Shown: positions 1-9,107 of the stretch, piece by piece
Numbering within the stretch: position 1 is the first letter of the stretch
How the letters are laid out: each line of letters starts with the position of its first letter
DNA from: a virus
Virus record (IMG/VR): IMGVR_UViG_3300027419_000023
Reading direction: 5' to 3' (one strand)
DNA length: 64,000 bases
Translations under genes and position numbers: made by a program
Notes under the pieces: model-generated
Database searches by the model: none
What the model was told of the DNA's origin: nothing
The model's input: the letters and a program-made list of their open reading frames with translations, nothing else

Positions 1-228
1 TCCCCCAAAATCCCAACCATCTGGACTTGCCCAGACTCCTATTATAATTTCATCATCTTTGTATATTAATTCAGGAAATTCTTCAGAATCTCGAAGATGA
101 TTTCCAGATTTAAATTCTAGGATGCCACGGTCAAGTAGTAATACCGTAGGGAATCCAGAATCCTGTAACTTTCTTTGCAAATTGGCCATAAACTGTCTTG
201 CTTGAATTATAATTTCTTTAGACTTCAT
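1..228 (-). CDS. hypothetical protein, runs off the left edge (MKSKEIIIQARQ...), probably leaderless
   Basis: ATG at 228, open to position 1; viral BRE/TATA promoter at 251-268. Confidence 0.6.
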   Translation of the reverse strand, partial: MKSKEIIIQARQFMANLQRKLQDSGFPTVLLLDRGILEFKSGNHLRDSEEFPELIYKDDEIIIGVWASPDGWDFGG

Positions 229-266
229 AAGTTAGTTAACGGTTTTGTAGTATTTAAAACTTTTGG

Positions 267-1187
267 TTAGTAATCATTGCTAATTATTCCGCCGTATTGC
301 TCAGCAAATCTCCAATCCAATTGTATATTAACAGGCTTATTGTCAATTACCGAATAGGACAATATAAGACCGCATACATCAGCTCCGCCGTAACTTGCCA
401 AAATAACTTCATCAGGAGCTTGAAAGCAACCAACTCCGATCAGTACCTTTCCCATGAAGGAGGGCACATAACAACACGAGTGACAATGGCCATACAAAAA
501 TATGGTGCCTATCTGTTCTTCGGACATCAATTGGAGTGTTCGTGTCTTAATACGCTTATTACGATTTTGACCTGGTGCGGCACACGAACCTCCGCCGTGA
601 TTTACATTGATCAAGATGTTGCCAGGACCAACTATTGGAGTTCCCTTACGGATATATGTCAAATCAGGTCTTCTTATTACCATTTCGTTACAGAAATCGT
701 AATGCCAGTCAAATTTGGCTAAGGAAGCCTCGTGGTTACCCTTAGTAATGATATTCGTTGCAAAACCGCTAGGATAATATCGTTGGAAATATTGTTCAAA
801 TTCGCTGGTGGTATTAAGGAATCTTACTTCATTATGGTACTTTTGATTCATTAATCCGTCAATTGCATCGCCACAATGAATTAAGAAGTTAATTCCGCGT
901 TCTTTACAATCCTCGATAAAATTATCAAAGACGGTTTTCTGCTGGTATATGGAACCCCAGTGCGTATCAGAGACAACTGCAATTTCATAGCGTTGCAATT
1001 CTTCATTACTATAGTCAGTTCTTGATGATCGGGGTGAAGGTAGGCCAACTTCGTACCACTTGCATTTCCAGCGGTCTCTTGAAACTCTTACACACCTAGC
1101 AGAATCATTGAAGTTACCGCAACGAGCATACACCCGTAACATGTCGTATTCGGAAAATTCATCAAACGGCTTTTCTGGGATAGTTAT
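267..1187 (-). CDS. calcineurin-like metallophosphoesterase with N-terminal helical domain
   Basis: Motifs SDTHWG, HCGDAIDG, KGNHE, NHG, GHCH. The frame is open upstream of the called ATG (1142) to a TAG at 1209-1211; likely start ATA 1187 or CTG 1193 after a GGAG RBS. Confidence 0.85.
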   Translation of the reverse strand: MTIPEKPFDEFSEYDMLRVYARCGNFNDSARCVRVSRDRWKCKWYEVGLPSPRSSRTDYSNEELQRYEIAVVSDTHWGSIYQQKTVFDNFIEDCKERGINFLIHCGDAIDGLMNQKYHNEVRFLNTTSEFEQYFQRYYPSGFATNIITKGNHEASLAKFDWHYDFCNEMVIRRPDLTYIRKGTPIVGPGNILINVNHGGGSCAAPGQNRNKRIKTRTLQLMSEEQIGTIFLYGHCHSCCYVPSFMGKVLIGVGCFQAPDEVILASYGGADVCGLILSYSVIDNKPVNIQLDWRFAEQYGGIISNDY

Positions 1188-1216
1188 TACCAGAAGATCA
1201 GCTCCTTGCTATTGAT

Positions 1217-1543
1217 TTAATCAGTGCACAATTCATTAGATCCACACTTTGGACAAACTTTATTAGGATCCTTGCAATATTGATCATAAGTTGTCCATTT
1301 CATTTCTCGAATTCTACGACCGAAATATTCATACCAACGCGCAATATTTTCCTGCATTGTCATGTCCGGACGAATTGGTATACCATTGATAAATTCGCAA
1401 CAATGAATTGTTTCGTTTAATTTGCTCGTTTGCAATCCAAATAGCGTTTCATCATATTCTCTAGATAAAAATTTCGACGGGTTATAAGACTTATCATAAA
1501 AATCGTCTTGTTCCCATCCACACTTATGACAATGTACGAACAT
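1217..1543 (-). CDS. zinc-ribbon protein
   Basis: CHKCG and CPKCG pairs at the two termini; GGAG RBS. Confidence 0.6.
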   Translation of the reverse strand: MFVHCHKCGWEQDDFYDKSYNPSKFLSREYDETLFGLQTSKLNETIHCCEFINGIPIRPDMTMQENIARWYEYFGRRIREMKWTTYDQYCKDPNKVCPKCGSNELCTD

Positions 1544-2141
1544 GATTATTAATCTCCTTTTTATTAGAAACTAATATGGTTTCAATACTATTCGTTCCCA
1601 TGATAACGTTAACTAGGGATTTGACATTATAACCTTGATCTCGGAGTCGTTCTGCAGCACCATCCTTTTCGATTATAGTATATGATCCGATTACATTAAT
1701 ATGGTTACTTTCTAAGGTATCGACAATAACAGAAATTGTTCCACCTGTACTAACAACGTCATCTATGATAATAACATTACGTCCTGGCTTAATACTATTG
1801 ATGTACATAGTTGACTCCGAATAGCCAGTTTGTTGATGGACTTCTAGTTCTCCGGGTAATCCATATTTTCGTTTTCTAGCAACCACGTAAGGTCTATCCA
1901 TTAGTGTACTAACCACTGTTGCGATGGGTAAGGCCATTGCTTCTGGTGCAATAATGAAATCAAGATTTGAATGGGTTACATCGCGTTCTATTAGTTCTTG
2001 TAGTCTACGAGCTGTTTTAAAAAGAATTTCTGGATCAATTGGCAACGCGCCGTCTGTTAGTGCATGAACAAAGTAGTTATATCCATTTTTATTTATAATA
2101 GGAGATTCTTTTATAGAATCTATTAAAAATTGAAGATTCAT
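1524..2141 (-). CDS. hpt: archaeal-type hypoxanthine/guanine phosphoribosyltransferase
   Basis: PRPP-binding IIDDVVSTGGT; YNYFVHALTDG, APEAMALP and RKRKYGLPGELEVHQQTGYS match archaeal Hpt. Confidence 0.85.
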   Translation of the reverse strand: MNLQFLIDSIKESPIINKNGYNYFVHALTDGALPIDPEILFKTARRLQELIERDVTHSNLDFIIAPEAMALPIATVVSTLMDRPYVVARKRKYGLPGELEVHQQTGYSESTMYINSIKPGRNVIIIDDVVSTGGTISVIVDTLESNHINVIGSYTIIEKDGAAERLRDQGYNVKSLVNVIMGTNSIETILVSNKKEINNHVRTLS

Positions 2142-2143
2142 AT

Positions 2144-2968
2144 CTAAGTCCTCATAATTCTGTCCGGAACAAAATCAATAAACTTATTAACCACATTTTC
2201 CAAAATCTCGACATCGGCAATACAATGTGTCACAATGTAGTCTAATGCGTCATTATCCCTATTTAATACCACATTATTCCATTCGATTAGACCCAGTTTT
2301 GTTTTGTCTGGTGAAGCATCTGGATTAGACACTTGCAGAATTTGATTTATGCGTTCTAACCGTCTTGTGGATGGATTAGTTACTCGTTTTACCGTGAAAT
2401 ATAAATCTAATGACTTGATCTTTTTAAGTGGCTGAATTCCGTGATACAACGCACGGGTTCTTATAAATGGTATGTCAAAACGATTTCCAAAATATGTCAC
2501 TACACCATCATAGGTAGTTAATTCTTCGTTTAATTTTATCAAAATTTCTTTTTCTGCTTCCACTAAACTGTTATTAGATAAATTAATTCTAAATATCTTT
2601 GGATCTTCTCTGGAACCGTAAGTTCGGATAACAGCACAAAGCATAATCCCAAAATCAGATTTTAGAGACGTCGTTTCTATGTCCAGTACAGCCACTTTCG
2701 ATGAATCTGGGTTTAGAAACAGATTAGAACTCATTGATTTCGTGACTTTCTTAGTTCGGGCAAGTAATTTCGGTACATTAATTACATCTGGTAAAATAGA
2801 ATCATTTGTTTTAATATTTTCCAATTCTTTTTTATTATTATAATACCTTATGTATGTTGGATGAGTTGTATTTGTAAATAAAGCACACTTTCGGAATGAT
2901 CCACATTGTTGATATAGATCGTCTAGTTCTTTGAATGTCCATTCGGATAACGGTTTTAATTCAGTCAT
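2144..2968 (-). CDS. DEDD-family 3'-5' exonuclease (RNase_H_2/YprB-like) with N-terminal helical domain
   Basis: ExoI LDIETT, ExoII YFGNRFDIPF, ExoIII HCIADV. Confidence 0.8.
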   Translation of the reverse strand: MTELKPLSEWTFKELDDLYQQCGSFRKCALFTNTTHPTYIRYYNNKKELENIKTNDSILPDVINVPKLLARTKKVTKSMSSNLFLNPDSSKVAVLDIETTSLKSDFGIMLCAVIRTYGSREDPKIFRINLSNNSLVEAEKEILIKLNEELTTYDGVVTYFGNRFDIPFIRTRALYHGIQPLKKIKSLDLYFTVKRVTNPSTRRLERINQILQVSNPDASPDKTKLGLIEWNNVVLNRDNDALDYIVTHCIADVEILENVVNKFIDFVPDRIMRT

Positions 2969-2976
2969 TTCTATAT

Positions 2977-3246
2977 TTACTCCTTGCTATTGTTTTCCAG
3001 TTTCCAGGCTATTGTAATTGGATGAAATTTCATTTCGAGCAAGTACTGTCCCGAATCATCTTCGTATATTTCGATAGTTGTCTTATTTCGTATCTTGGAT
3101 TCTATGACTTTCGAAAGTTTGTTGATGTCTCGGTTAGGTAGCTCTTCCCAACTGGATACTATGTCTTCGAGGGTCCCTATGTCGATTTTATAGCCTTCGA
3201 AAATTTTTGAAAGTTGCTTAATTTGGTCGTCTAAAAATTCGGACAT
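2977..3246 (-). CDS. hypothetical protein
   Basis: GGAG RBS; promoter at 3291-3308. Confidence 0.6.
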   Translation of the reverse strand: MSEFLDDQIKQLSKIFEGYKIDIGTLEDIVSSWEELPNRDINKLSKVIESKIRNKTTIEIYEDDSGQYLLEMKFHPITIAWKLENNSKE

Positions 3247-3306
3247 AATAATACTCCTAAAAATAGAATAATCAAAATATAGTGTTTTAGTATTTAAAGG
3301 TTTTGG

Positions 3307-3867
3307 TTACTCTCGTAATATCTCCTTTTTAATTATTTGGAACGGCGGAGCACAACCAGCATTGAATTTGCATGCAATTTCTAATGCTATCCTGACACGA
3401 GTTTCTGGTTCCATACTGAAATTTCGCGTGGCTTCTAAAGCACCTAACGCATAATCACTGCCGGAACCGATAGCAGTGAAATCCCTATATTCCACGATAG
3501 AATAATCACATTCTACTGTATAAAAATTATTATTGTACAATATTAGTAGGGCTGACTTATCCATACTGGATGTACTGTCCTCTTCGACAAAGGAAGTCTT
3601 AGCTTCCTCTAAACATTCCCGAATCGAGTTGACAAAATCGCTCTGCAAGTACTGGATGTCAGATTTCATACCGGGATGATACGGCACTTCAAACGAGGAA
3701 TTAATAACATCGTGTATTCTACAGGAACCACAAAACCCAATAGAGACATTTTCGAGTTCGATTATCTTGTTCGGACAGGAATTAAAAATATAGTTCCCGG
3801 ATAAAATTCTTGAATCGGACCCCAATACGATTTGATTGTCATCTTTTAATCCGATGATGCAAGTTAT
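3307..3867 (-). CDS. HslV/proteasome-beta-like Ntn threonine protease
   Basis: With an ATA start at 3867 the N-terminus is (M)TCIIGLKDDNQIVLGSDSR, providing the catalytic Thr1; also AIGSGSDYALGAL; GGAGG RBS. Confidence 0.85.
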   Translation of the reverse strand: MTCIIGLKDDNQIVLGSDSRILSGNYIFNSCPNKIIELENVSIGFCGSCRIHDVINSSFEVPYHPGMKSDIQYLQSDFVNSIRECLEEAKTSFVEEDSTSSMDKSALLILYNNNFYTVECDYSIVEYRDFTAIGSGSDYALGALEATRNFSMEPETRVRIALEIACKFNAGCAPPFQIIKKEILRE

Positions 3868-3881
3868 TTAGATACCTCCAA

Positions 3882-4166
3882 TTATTTTGTTAAACTCTCA
3901 ATACGTTCCCACATATCTTTGTGAAAATATAATGACCTGGTAGATTTATTACTATTAGCTTTGTTACGTCCACGAGTTTCGTCATGAACAATAATGAGGT
4001 CATTTCCGATTTTTCTGAGAAGAACACTTACCCGGCCACTATTATATCTAGTTGTATTATAAATCTCTGTAAATGATATGCCTGGGAATCTTTTGATTAA
4101 ATTCAATATATCGTCCTCAGTTCGGACAAGTTTATTCCTTCTATAATATTCATAACTATGTTTCAT
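3882..4166 (-). CDS. winged-helix DNA-binding protein
   Basis: ILNLIKRFPGISFTEIY...SGRVSVLLRKI wHTH pattern. Confidence 0.55.
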   Translation of the reverse strand: MKHSYEYYRRNKLVRTEDDILNLIKRFPGISFTEIYNTTRYNSGRVSVLLRKIGNDLIIVHDETRGRNKANSNKSTRSLYFHKDMWERIESLTK

Positions 4167-4435
4167 AACCGGTAACTCCGTGGTAGAATTTTATTGTCAT
4201 GATTTAAAGTTTTCTCTTCAAACCATCTACCAATATTTCCGCAAGTATTTTTATCATCTCGATAATATCTCAATGCATATGGCGATTTTATAAAATTAAA
4301 CTTACCTGTCACTAGGTTAATAGGTGCTAGATTATTACTATGCCAACATTGATGTTGTCTATTAATTTCTCCATGATTAGGTGCACTTGGATCGAATTTG
4401 TAATACTTGCAATCACAACAATATCTCTTTATCAT
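4163..4435 (-). CDS. Cys-rich small protein (paralog family A)
   Basis: CxxC...C...NLVTG...TCGNIGRWFE; ATG 4435 follows GAGGAG; similar to 30268-30639 and 36767-37027. Confidence 0.6.
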   Translation of the reverse strand: MIKRYCCDCKYYKFDPSAPNHGEINRQHQCWHSNNLAPINLVTGKFNFIKSPYALRYYRDDKNTCGNIGRWFEEKTLNHDNKILPRSYRL

Positions 4436-4446
4436 ACCAAATCTCC

Positions 4447-6951
4447 TCACTGAAATGCAAATAGTCCTGTCTTCTTTGGTAATACTACTTTTTGTTTTTC
4501 AGTATTTAATACTTTTGGTACGCTTTCGAATCCGAAGAGACTGCTCTCCGTAAGTTTCCTTTTGCCAGTCGCTATATTTATGCCTATAGCCGAGAACACT
4601 CTTTCAAGGGGTGGCAACAATTGATGCTCTATATAGAAACTAGTATCAATACGACCGTCTGTCTCCTTAATATGCTCTAAGGTATCAACCATGAGACTAA
4701 TGCCATCCTTAGATGCACCAGGTAAAGCCATATATCGAATACGATCACCTAGTCCGGGTAGATTCTCACCACGTTCTCTCATTTTCTTATAACAAGTTAC
4801 ATGAGGTTGGATATTCTTGTAGCCTTCTATATTGCCGATCTTACGGCTAAGAACAAGTTTTTCTGCTAGTTCTGGATTAACTCTAATATCCTGTAGGGTT
4901 TTAACGGATAATATAACCTCATTGGTATATTTCCAGGCTTCGTCTACTTTACCTTCGCATAGGATTAAATGAAGTACCTTATCCATGCTTTCGCCGACTA
5001 ATGAAACCCAATCCCTCCTGCGTGTTTCGATGCCCCTGTACTTAATCTTGTCTTTCCAACCATCTTTTCCTTGTTCGAATATCCACATGGCATAGCGTTT
5101 TTTCTCAAAGATAATAGCACGTTTCGCAAAACACTCGAAATCGATTTCCATGGGCGGAGGCAATTTCGTTAGCATACTGTCATGGATGATTTTAGCGCAC
5201 TTTTTACTCTCATCTGGGTCTGTTACTTTATTTAACCGGATAAACACAGAATCTGTATCCCCGCCAACTACATGACAATCTACTAGTTCTTCCGCCGTTT
5301 TTCTAGTCAACTGAATCGCCATACGACCTACAGAAGTCACTGAATTAGCAAGTCTTGGATCGTAAAGCCTACCCCGAATAGCCCCGGTGTAGCCGTAAAA
5401 CGAATTTAACAAAATTTTCACACTGTATTGTTGATTATCGTAGAATTCTCTCTCATTTTTGTCACTACACGACTTCATTAGTTTTTTTAATTCTACTCTT
5501 TTGTTGTATAGGTTAGTCAGAATCCTTGGCATTATACCTTCGTACACGGAATGATCGGTATATCGTACTTCATTAGGAGCAGTTATTGTTTTGACATCTG
5601 TTTCTTCCTCATTTATGATAGACGACCAGCATATATTATAAGCTCGAATAGCTGATGGATAAAGACTTTTATAGTCCATGATAATTAGGTTTTCGTGTAG
5701 CCCGCGCTCCGAATCAAGCACTTTACCTCCTGTTACTTTCTCGACTTTTTTGTCTTTGTCGTTGAGAGGCCATAGTCTTCCTTCCTTATAGAATTCTCGA
5801 AGTAACATTGACTCTATACGGCGAGACTGACCACCATTGATTGTCTCATGAAGTAATAAGCCACAGTCTTTACTAATATTGATGTAACGGTCTATTAGTT
5901 TAAGTTCCTTTATGATGTCTTGGAGTAGGTCAGCATCTCGTCCCGCATAATCAAGAAAGGACCGTAACTTACTTTCGGATCCGTTTAACCATATTTCACG
6001 CATTTCACTGGCTTTAATGTCTAGTTTTGGTCTGTTAAGTAATGTTTTGGAAACATTTTCCAAGCTATATGAAGTCAACGAATAATTTAGTTTAATTGCA
6101 TTTAATAAGTCTATGTAAGCCCGACCTACCATATTAACTTCTTTACTTGCACCAAACGCTCTTATCTGGAATGGAGTTCCATCTCGGCCTAAATCATTAG
6201 GAATACCTAATATTTCTAGTCTCTTCTCAATATACGGAAAATCGAATGTATCACCATTAAAAGCCATTACGATATCTGGATCATATTCTTTGAATATGTC
6301 CATAAAGGTTGATAACATCCAGAATTCATCAGGGAAATATTTGATGTTTTCGGTGTCTTGTCCTGGCTTAGCAACTAACACAAGGGTATTTCCAGTGTTG
6401 AAACTTATCGAAATTATGGTTATAGGATCTCTTTCCGGTATAGGCACTCCAAATTCGGGAGGCAGTACTTCAATATCCAAGCCAAGAAATCGTAACGGAG
6501 CATTTTCCAGGATATTATGTAAGGGCTTCACGTTATTGCTATCAGCTTCGAGCCACTTCATGCCCCATAAGTCATTATCAGTCAGGAACCGAGCTGTAGC
6601 ATATAGCACGTCAGCTTCGAAAATATCAACTATAGCTGGATGCCTTCTTAAGGAGTCTCGGATCTTCGGGACATCACTAGGTCTATTGACATAGACTTGC
6701 AGGACTTCTGTTCGTTCCTTTTGAAAACCAATTGGTAGAAATTTATAGTCCTCGAATACATCAGTAACTTCAGGAAGTTCCGACAGCATTTGCTTGACTT
6801 CGCTAGAGTTTCTTGGTAAAATATAAAAGTATGGCCTGAATCCAAGGATGTCATGCTGAATAGAATTACCAGACTTATCGCGACCATATAAAGTAATCAC
6901 CGGACCACGGCCACTATTCCTATATTTAGTGGATATTAATTGAAATTGCAT
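4447..6951 (-). CDS. polB: family B DNA polymerase (archaeal type)
   Basis: ExoI LDIEV, ExoII FNGDTFDFPY, ExoIII YAGRDA, DYKSLYPS, KILLNSFYGY, GDTDS; C-terminal PIP-like SSLFGF; ATG 6951 after GGAG. Confidence 0.97.
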   Translation of the reverse strand: MQFQLISTKYRNSGRGPVITLYGRDKSGNSIQHDILGFRPYFYILPRNSSEVKQMLSELPEVTDVFEDYKFLPIGFQKERTEVLQVYVNRPSDVPKIRDSLRRHPAIVDIFEADVLYATARFLTDNDLWGMKWLEADSNNVKPLHNILENAPLRFLGLDIEVLPPEFGVPIPERDPITIISISFNTGNTLVLVAKPGQDTENIKYFPDEFWMLSTFMDIFKEYDPDIVMAFNGDTFDFPYIEKRLEILGIPNDLGRDGTPFQIRAFGASKEVNMVGRAYIDLLNAIKLNYSLTSYSLENVSKTLLNRPKLDIKASEMREIWLNGSESKLRSFLDYAGRDADLLQDIIKELKLIDRYINISKDCGLLLHETINGGQSRRIESMLLREFYKEGRLWPLNDKDKKVEKVTGGKVLDSERGLHENLIIMDYKSLYPSAIRAYNICWSSIINEEETDVKTITAPNEVRYTDHSVYEGIMPRILTNLYNKRVELKKLMKSCSDKNEREFYDNQQYSVKILLNSFYGYTGAIRGRLYDPRLANSVTSVGRMAIQLTRKTAEELVDCHVVGGDTDSVFIRLNKVTDPDESKKCAKIIHDSMLTKLPPPMEIDFECFAKRAIIFEKKRYAMWIFEQGKDGWKDKIKYRGIETRRRDWVSLVGESMDKVLHLILCEGKVDEAWKYTNEVILSVKTLQDIRVNPELAEKLVLSRKIGNIEGYKNIQPHVTCYKKMRERGENLPGLGDRIRYMALPGASKDGISLMVDTLEHIKETDGRIDTSFYIEHQLLPPLERVFSAIGINIATGKRKLTESSLFGFESVPKVLNTEKQKVVLPKKTGLFAFQ

Positions 6952-6969
6952 GAGATTCTCCAATGGTAA

Positions 6970-7293
6970 TTAATATATGGCAACTAGTGTATTATTTTCG
7001 TCTCTTCTAAAATGATTACTATTCTTGACAATTTTATAATATTCTTTTGGTGTTAGCTCACTGAATCTTGGTGCAGCCTTAATAGCTTTGTCCCTAGCAA
7101 CAAACTCATCAATGAAAAGTAACCTCAAGGTATTTAAAATATCTGGCACCTCATCAATATTTTGGTCTCGTAATTCCTGGTACAATATGCATGGTTCTGT
7201 GCAGTTATCGCAGTTACAAGTTGTTAAGTCCGGACAATCTTGAATAAGCTCAATTATTATTGAATCGAAACGACTATTATTAATATGGAACAA
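6970..7293 (-). CDS. hypothetical Cys-containing protein
   Basis: TTG start after AGGAGG. Confidence 0.6.
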   Translation of the reverse strand: MFHINNSRFDSIIIELIQDCPDLTTCNCDNCTEPCILYQELRDQNIDEVPDILNTLRLLFIDEFVARDKAIKAAPRFSELTPKEYYKIVKNSNHFRRDENNTLVAIY

Positions 7294-7360
7294 ATATATG
7301 CCTCCTAAAAAGTTAATAGGGTGTTAGTTTGGTTACTATGTTGTTACTATGTTGTGGCAG

Positions 7361-7555
7361 CTATAATTTCCTTGGTTCAATTGCTTCTATGGAATGAGTT
7401 TCCAAGACGTCAATTACTTCGAAGTCAGCTGGTTTGACTGACGTTCGTACTATATCATTTGCGTCTTCTTCACTGATTGCATCCACAAGAACGGTAGCAG
7501 TTGAAACAGTCGTGGCAACAACCACGACCTCATAAGTCTTTAATTTTTCTGACAT
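7361..7555 (-). CDS. small hypothetical protein
   Basis: GGAGG RBS; 64 aa. Confidence 0.6.
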   Translation of the reverse strand: MSEKLKTYEVVVVATTVSTATVLVDAISEEDANDIVRTSVKPADFEVIDVLETHSIEAIEPRKL

Positions 7556-7755
7556 GGTTTTTGATTTCCTCCATAAGATATAATAATACCGGCTTTTATG
7601 GCACCTATAGTAGATTTATTGGCTGATGTTTTTAGTAAATTTTCTAACGCTTGTTCTTTGTTTTCAGGCAAATTCTTAAAGAACATTTCGATTTTTGACC
7701 GGGAAACTCCCCTTCTTCCACATAGTTTCGTTATCTGGCTTTTTGTTATAGTTAT
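7540..7755 (-). CDS. hypothetical 71-aa protein with ATA start (missed by the ORF track)
   Basis: GGAGG at 7767-7763, then ATA ACT ATA ACA...; fills the gap between two genes; no upstream in-frame ATG/GTG/TTG. Confidence 0.6.
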   Translation of the reverse strand: MTITKSQITKLCGRRGVSRSKIEMFFKNLPENKEQALENLLKTSANKSTIGAIKAGIIISYGGNQKPCQKN

Positions 7756-7787
7756 GTTGATTCCTCCTGCGAATAATATAAAAATAA

Positions 7788-8111
7788 TTAGATTTTCTCT
7801 ATTCTATATGCGTTCTCATATAGACTAAGGAACGGCATTCGTATTCCAAAAGTCCATATTTTGTAAGTCTGTCCTACTTCAAGTGAGGCATATCGATTAG
7901 CTGAAGAAAAGTCCATATGCCACAAGGTATCCTGAATGGAATATACGTTACCGTTTATGTCACTGAATAGATAAAGTCCACGATCGTTTACTACTTTAGA
8001 CCACTTTTCTTTTACTGTTATGGTCATAGGACCTTGGTCTGTTGGCATAGATGATGCTATTCCAATCGAACATAAGGACAAGACAATTACTATCGCAAAT
8101 ATTTTGTTCAT
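7788..8111 (-). CDS. secreted or membrane-anchored protein
   Basis: N-terminal signal/TM helix; promoter at 8148-8165. Confidence 0.65.
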   Translation of the reverse strand: MNKIFAIVIVLSLCSIGIASSMPTDQGPMTITVKEKWSKVVNDRGLYLFSDINGNVYSIQDTLWHMDFSSANRYASLEVGQTYKIWTFGIRMPFLSLYENAYRIEKI

Positions 8112-8163
8112 TTCAATCCTCCTCTAAGTTATTCTTTACTTTTATTGTATTTATAAGTTTTGG

Positions 8164-8445
8164 CTACTTTATCTTCAGCACATTCCCGGTGTCTCTATCG
8201 TCCCAATCATCAAGGAACTCCACGAAACAACCTGGAGCCAACTGGACCCTATCAATGATATTTGGCTGTTTTGTCAATATTCCTCCAATTTTTGTGAATA
8301 CGTGAACGAGTTGACTAGGTTTTTCCGTTATGATCCTATACGAATCGCCTTCCAAGCAACCACCTGGAATTGGCTTGCCGCACTTACTACACGTAGTTGG
8401 CAACGGGTTTCCAAAGAACCTACCGCAATCGCATTTATAGCCCAT
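8164..8445 (-). CDS. zinc-ribbon protein
   Basis: CDCG...CSKCG; GGAGG RBS. Confidence 0.6.
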   Translation of the reverse strand: MGYKCDCGRFFGNPLPTTCSKCGKPIPGGCLEGDSYRIITEKPSQLVHVFTKIGGILTKQPNIIDRVQLAPGCFVEFLDDWDDRDTGNVLKIK

Positions 8446-8490
8446 GTTATACCTCCATAGAGTTTATTAGTATCCCTATTCCAAGGACAA

Positions 8491-8667
8491 TCAACACTCC
8501 AATATGACAAATCCTATGAACAATATGACCAAACTTAGAAGAAATAGTAAACCCCCGATTAATATTCCAAAAAACGAGCTATCGTTATCATCGGAATAAA
8601 TACCAAGTATCATCAATACAAACGAGAATGGCAACGTTAATAACCCGACTACTTGTAAGTCATTCAT
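8491..8667 (-). CDS. small two-TM membrane protein (58 aa)
   Basis: MNDLQVVGLLTLPFSFVLMILG...; GGTGA RBS; promoter at 8701-8718. Confidence 0.55.
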   Translation of the reverse strand: MNDLQVVGLLTLPFSFVLMILGIYSDDNDSSFFGILIGGLLFLLSLVILFIGFVILEC

Positions 8668-8891
8668 ATCAAATCACCAAGTAACTAATAGTTAGCTAAG
8701 TATTAATAGTTTTTGGTTGTTCAGTCTTTCCTGAGCCATGTAGGTTTATTGTTCTTGACTTCTTGTTCAGTTAGCCAGCCTTTGCTGTGACATTCCGGAC
8801 AATCTAACCAGCAGCCATAGTTTTCTGGTCCGGTTACAAAGAAACCTTGTCCATCGCAAATGAAGCACTTAATTGCTTTCATTACCGCAAT

Positions 8892-9107
8892 TTAACGCAA
8901 CTGCATCCATACGCATGTATCAACATCAACGTTGCAATAAACATAAATAGTATTATTTTTAATTTCGAAACTAGATATTTTACCCGTTTTCACCATTTCA
9001 CTTAACTTTTCAGAAATTACGATATTTAAACATCCATGTTCTAATATACTAGCTAGTTTACAAACTTCTTCAAGCCTGTCATTAAGTTCATTAACTATAT
9101 TAGTCAT
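8892..9107 (-). CDS. hypothetical protein
   Basis: Abuts the helicase stop codon; GGAGTGA RBS. Confidence 0.55.
   Translation of the reverse strand: MTNIVNELNDRLEEVCKLASILEHGCLNIVISEKLSEMVKTGKISSFEIKNNTIYVYCNVDVDTCVWMQLR

Noticed and set aside
7332-7354. Short tandem duplication GTTACTATGTT x2
   Set aside because: Only two copies of 11 nt; likely replication slippage with no evidence of function.
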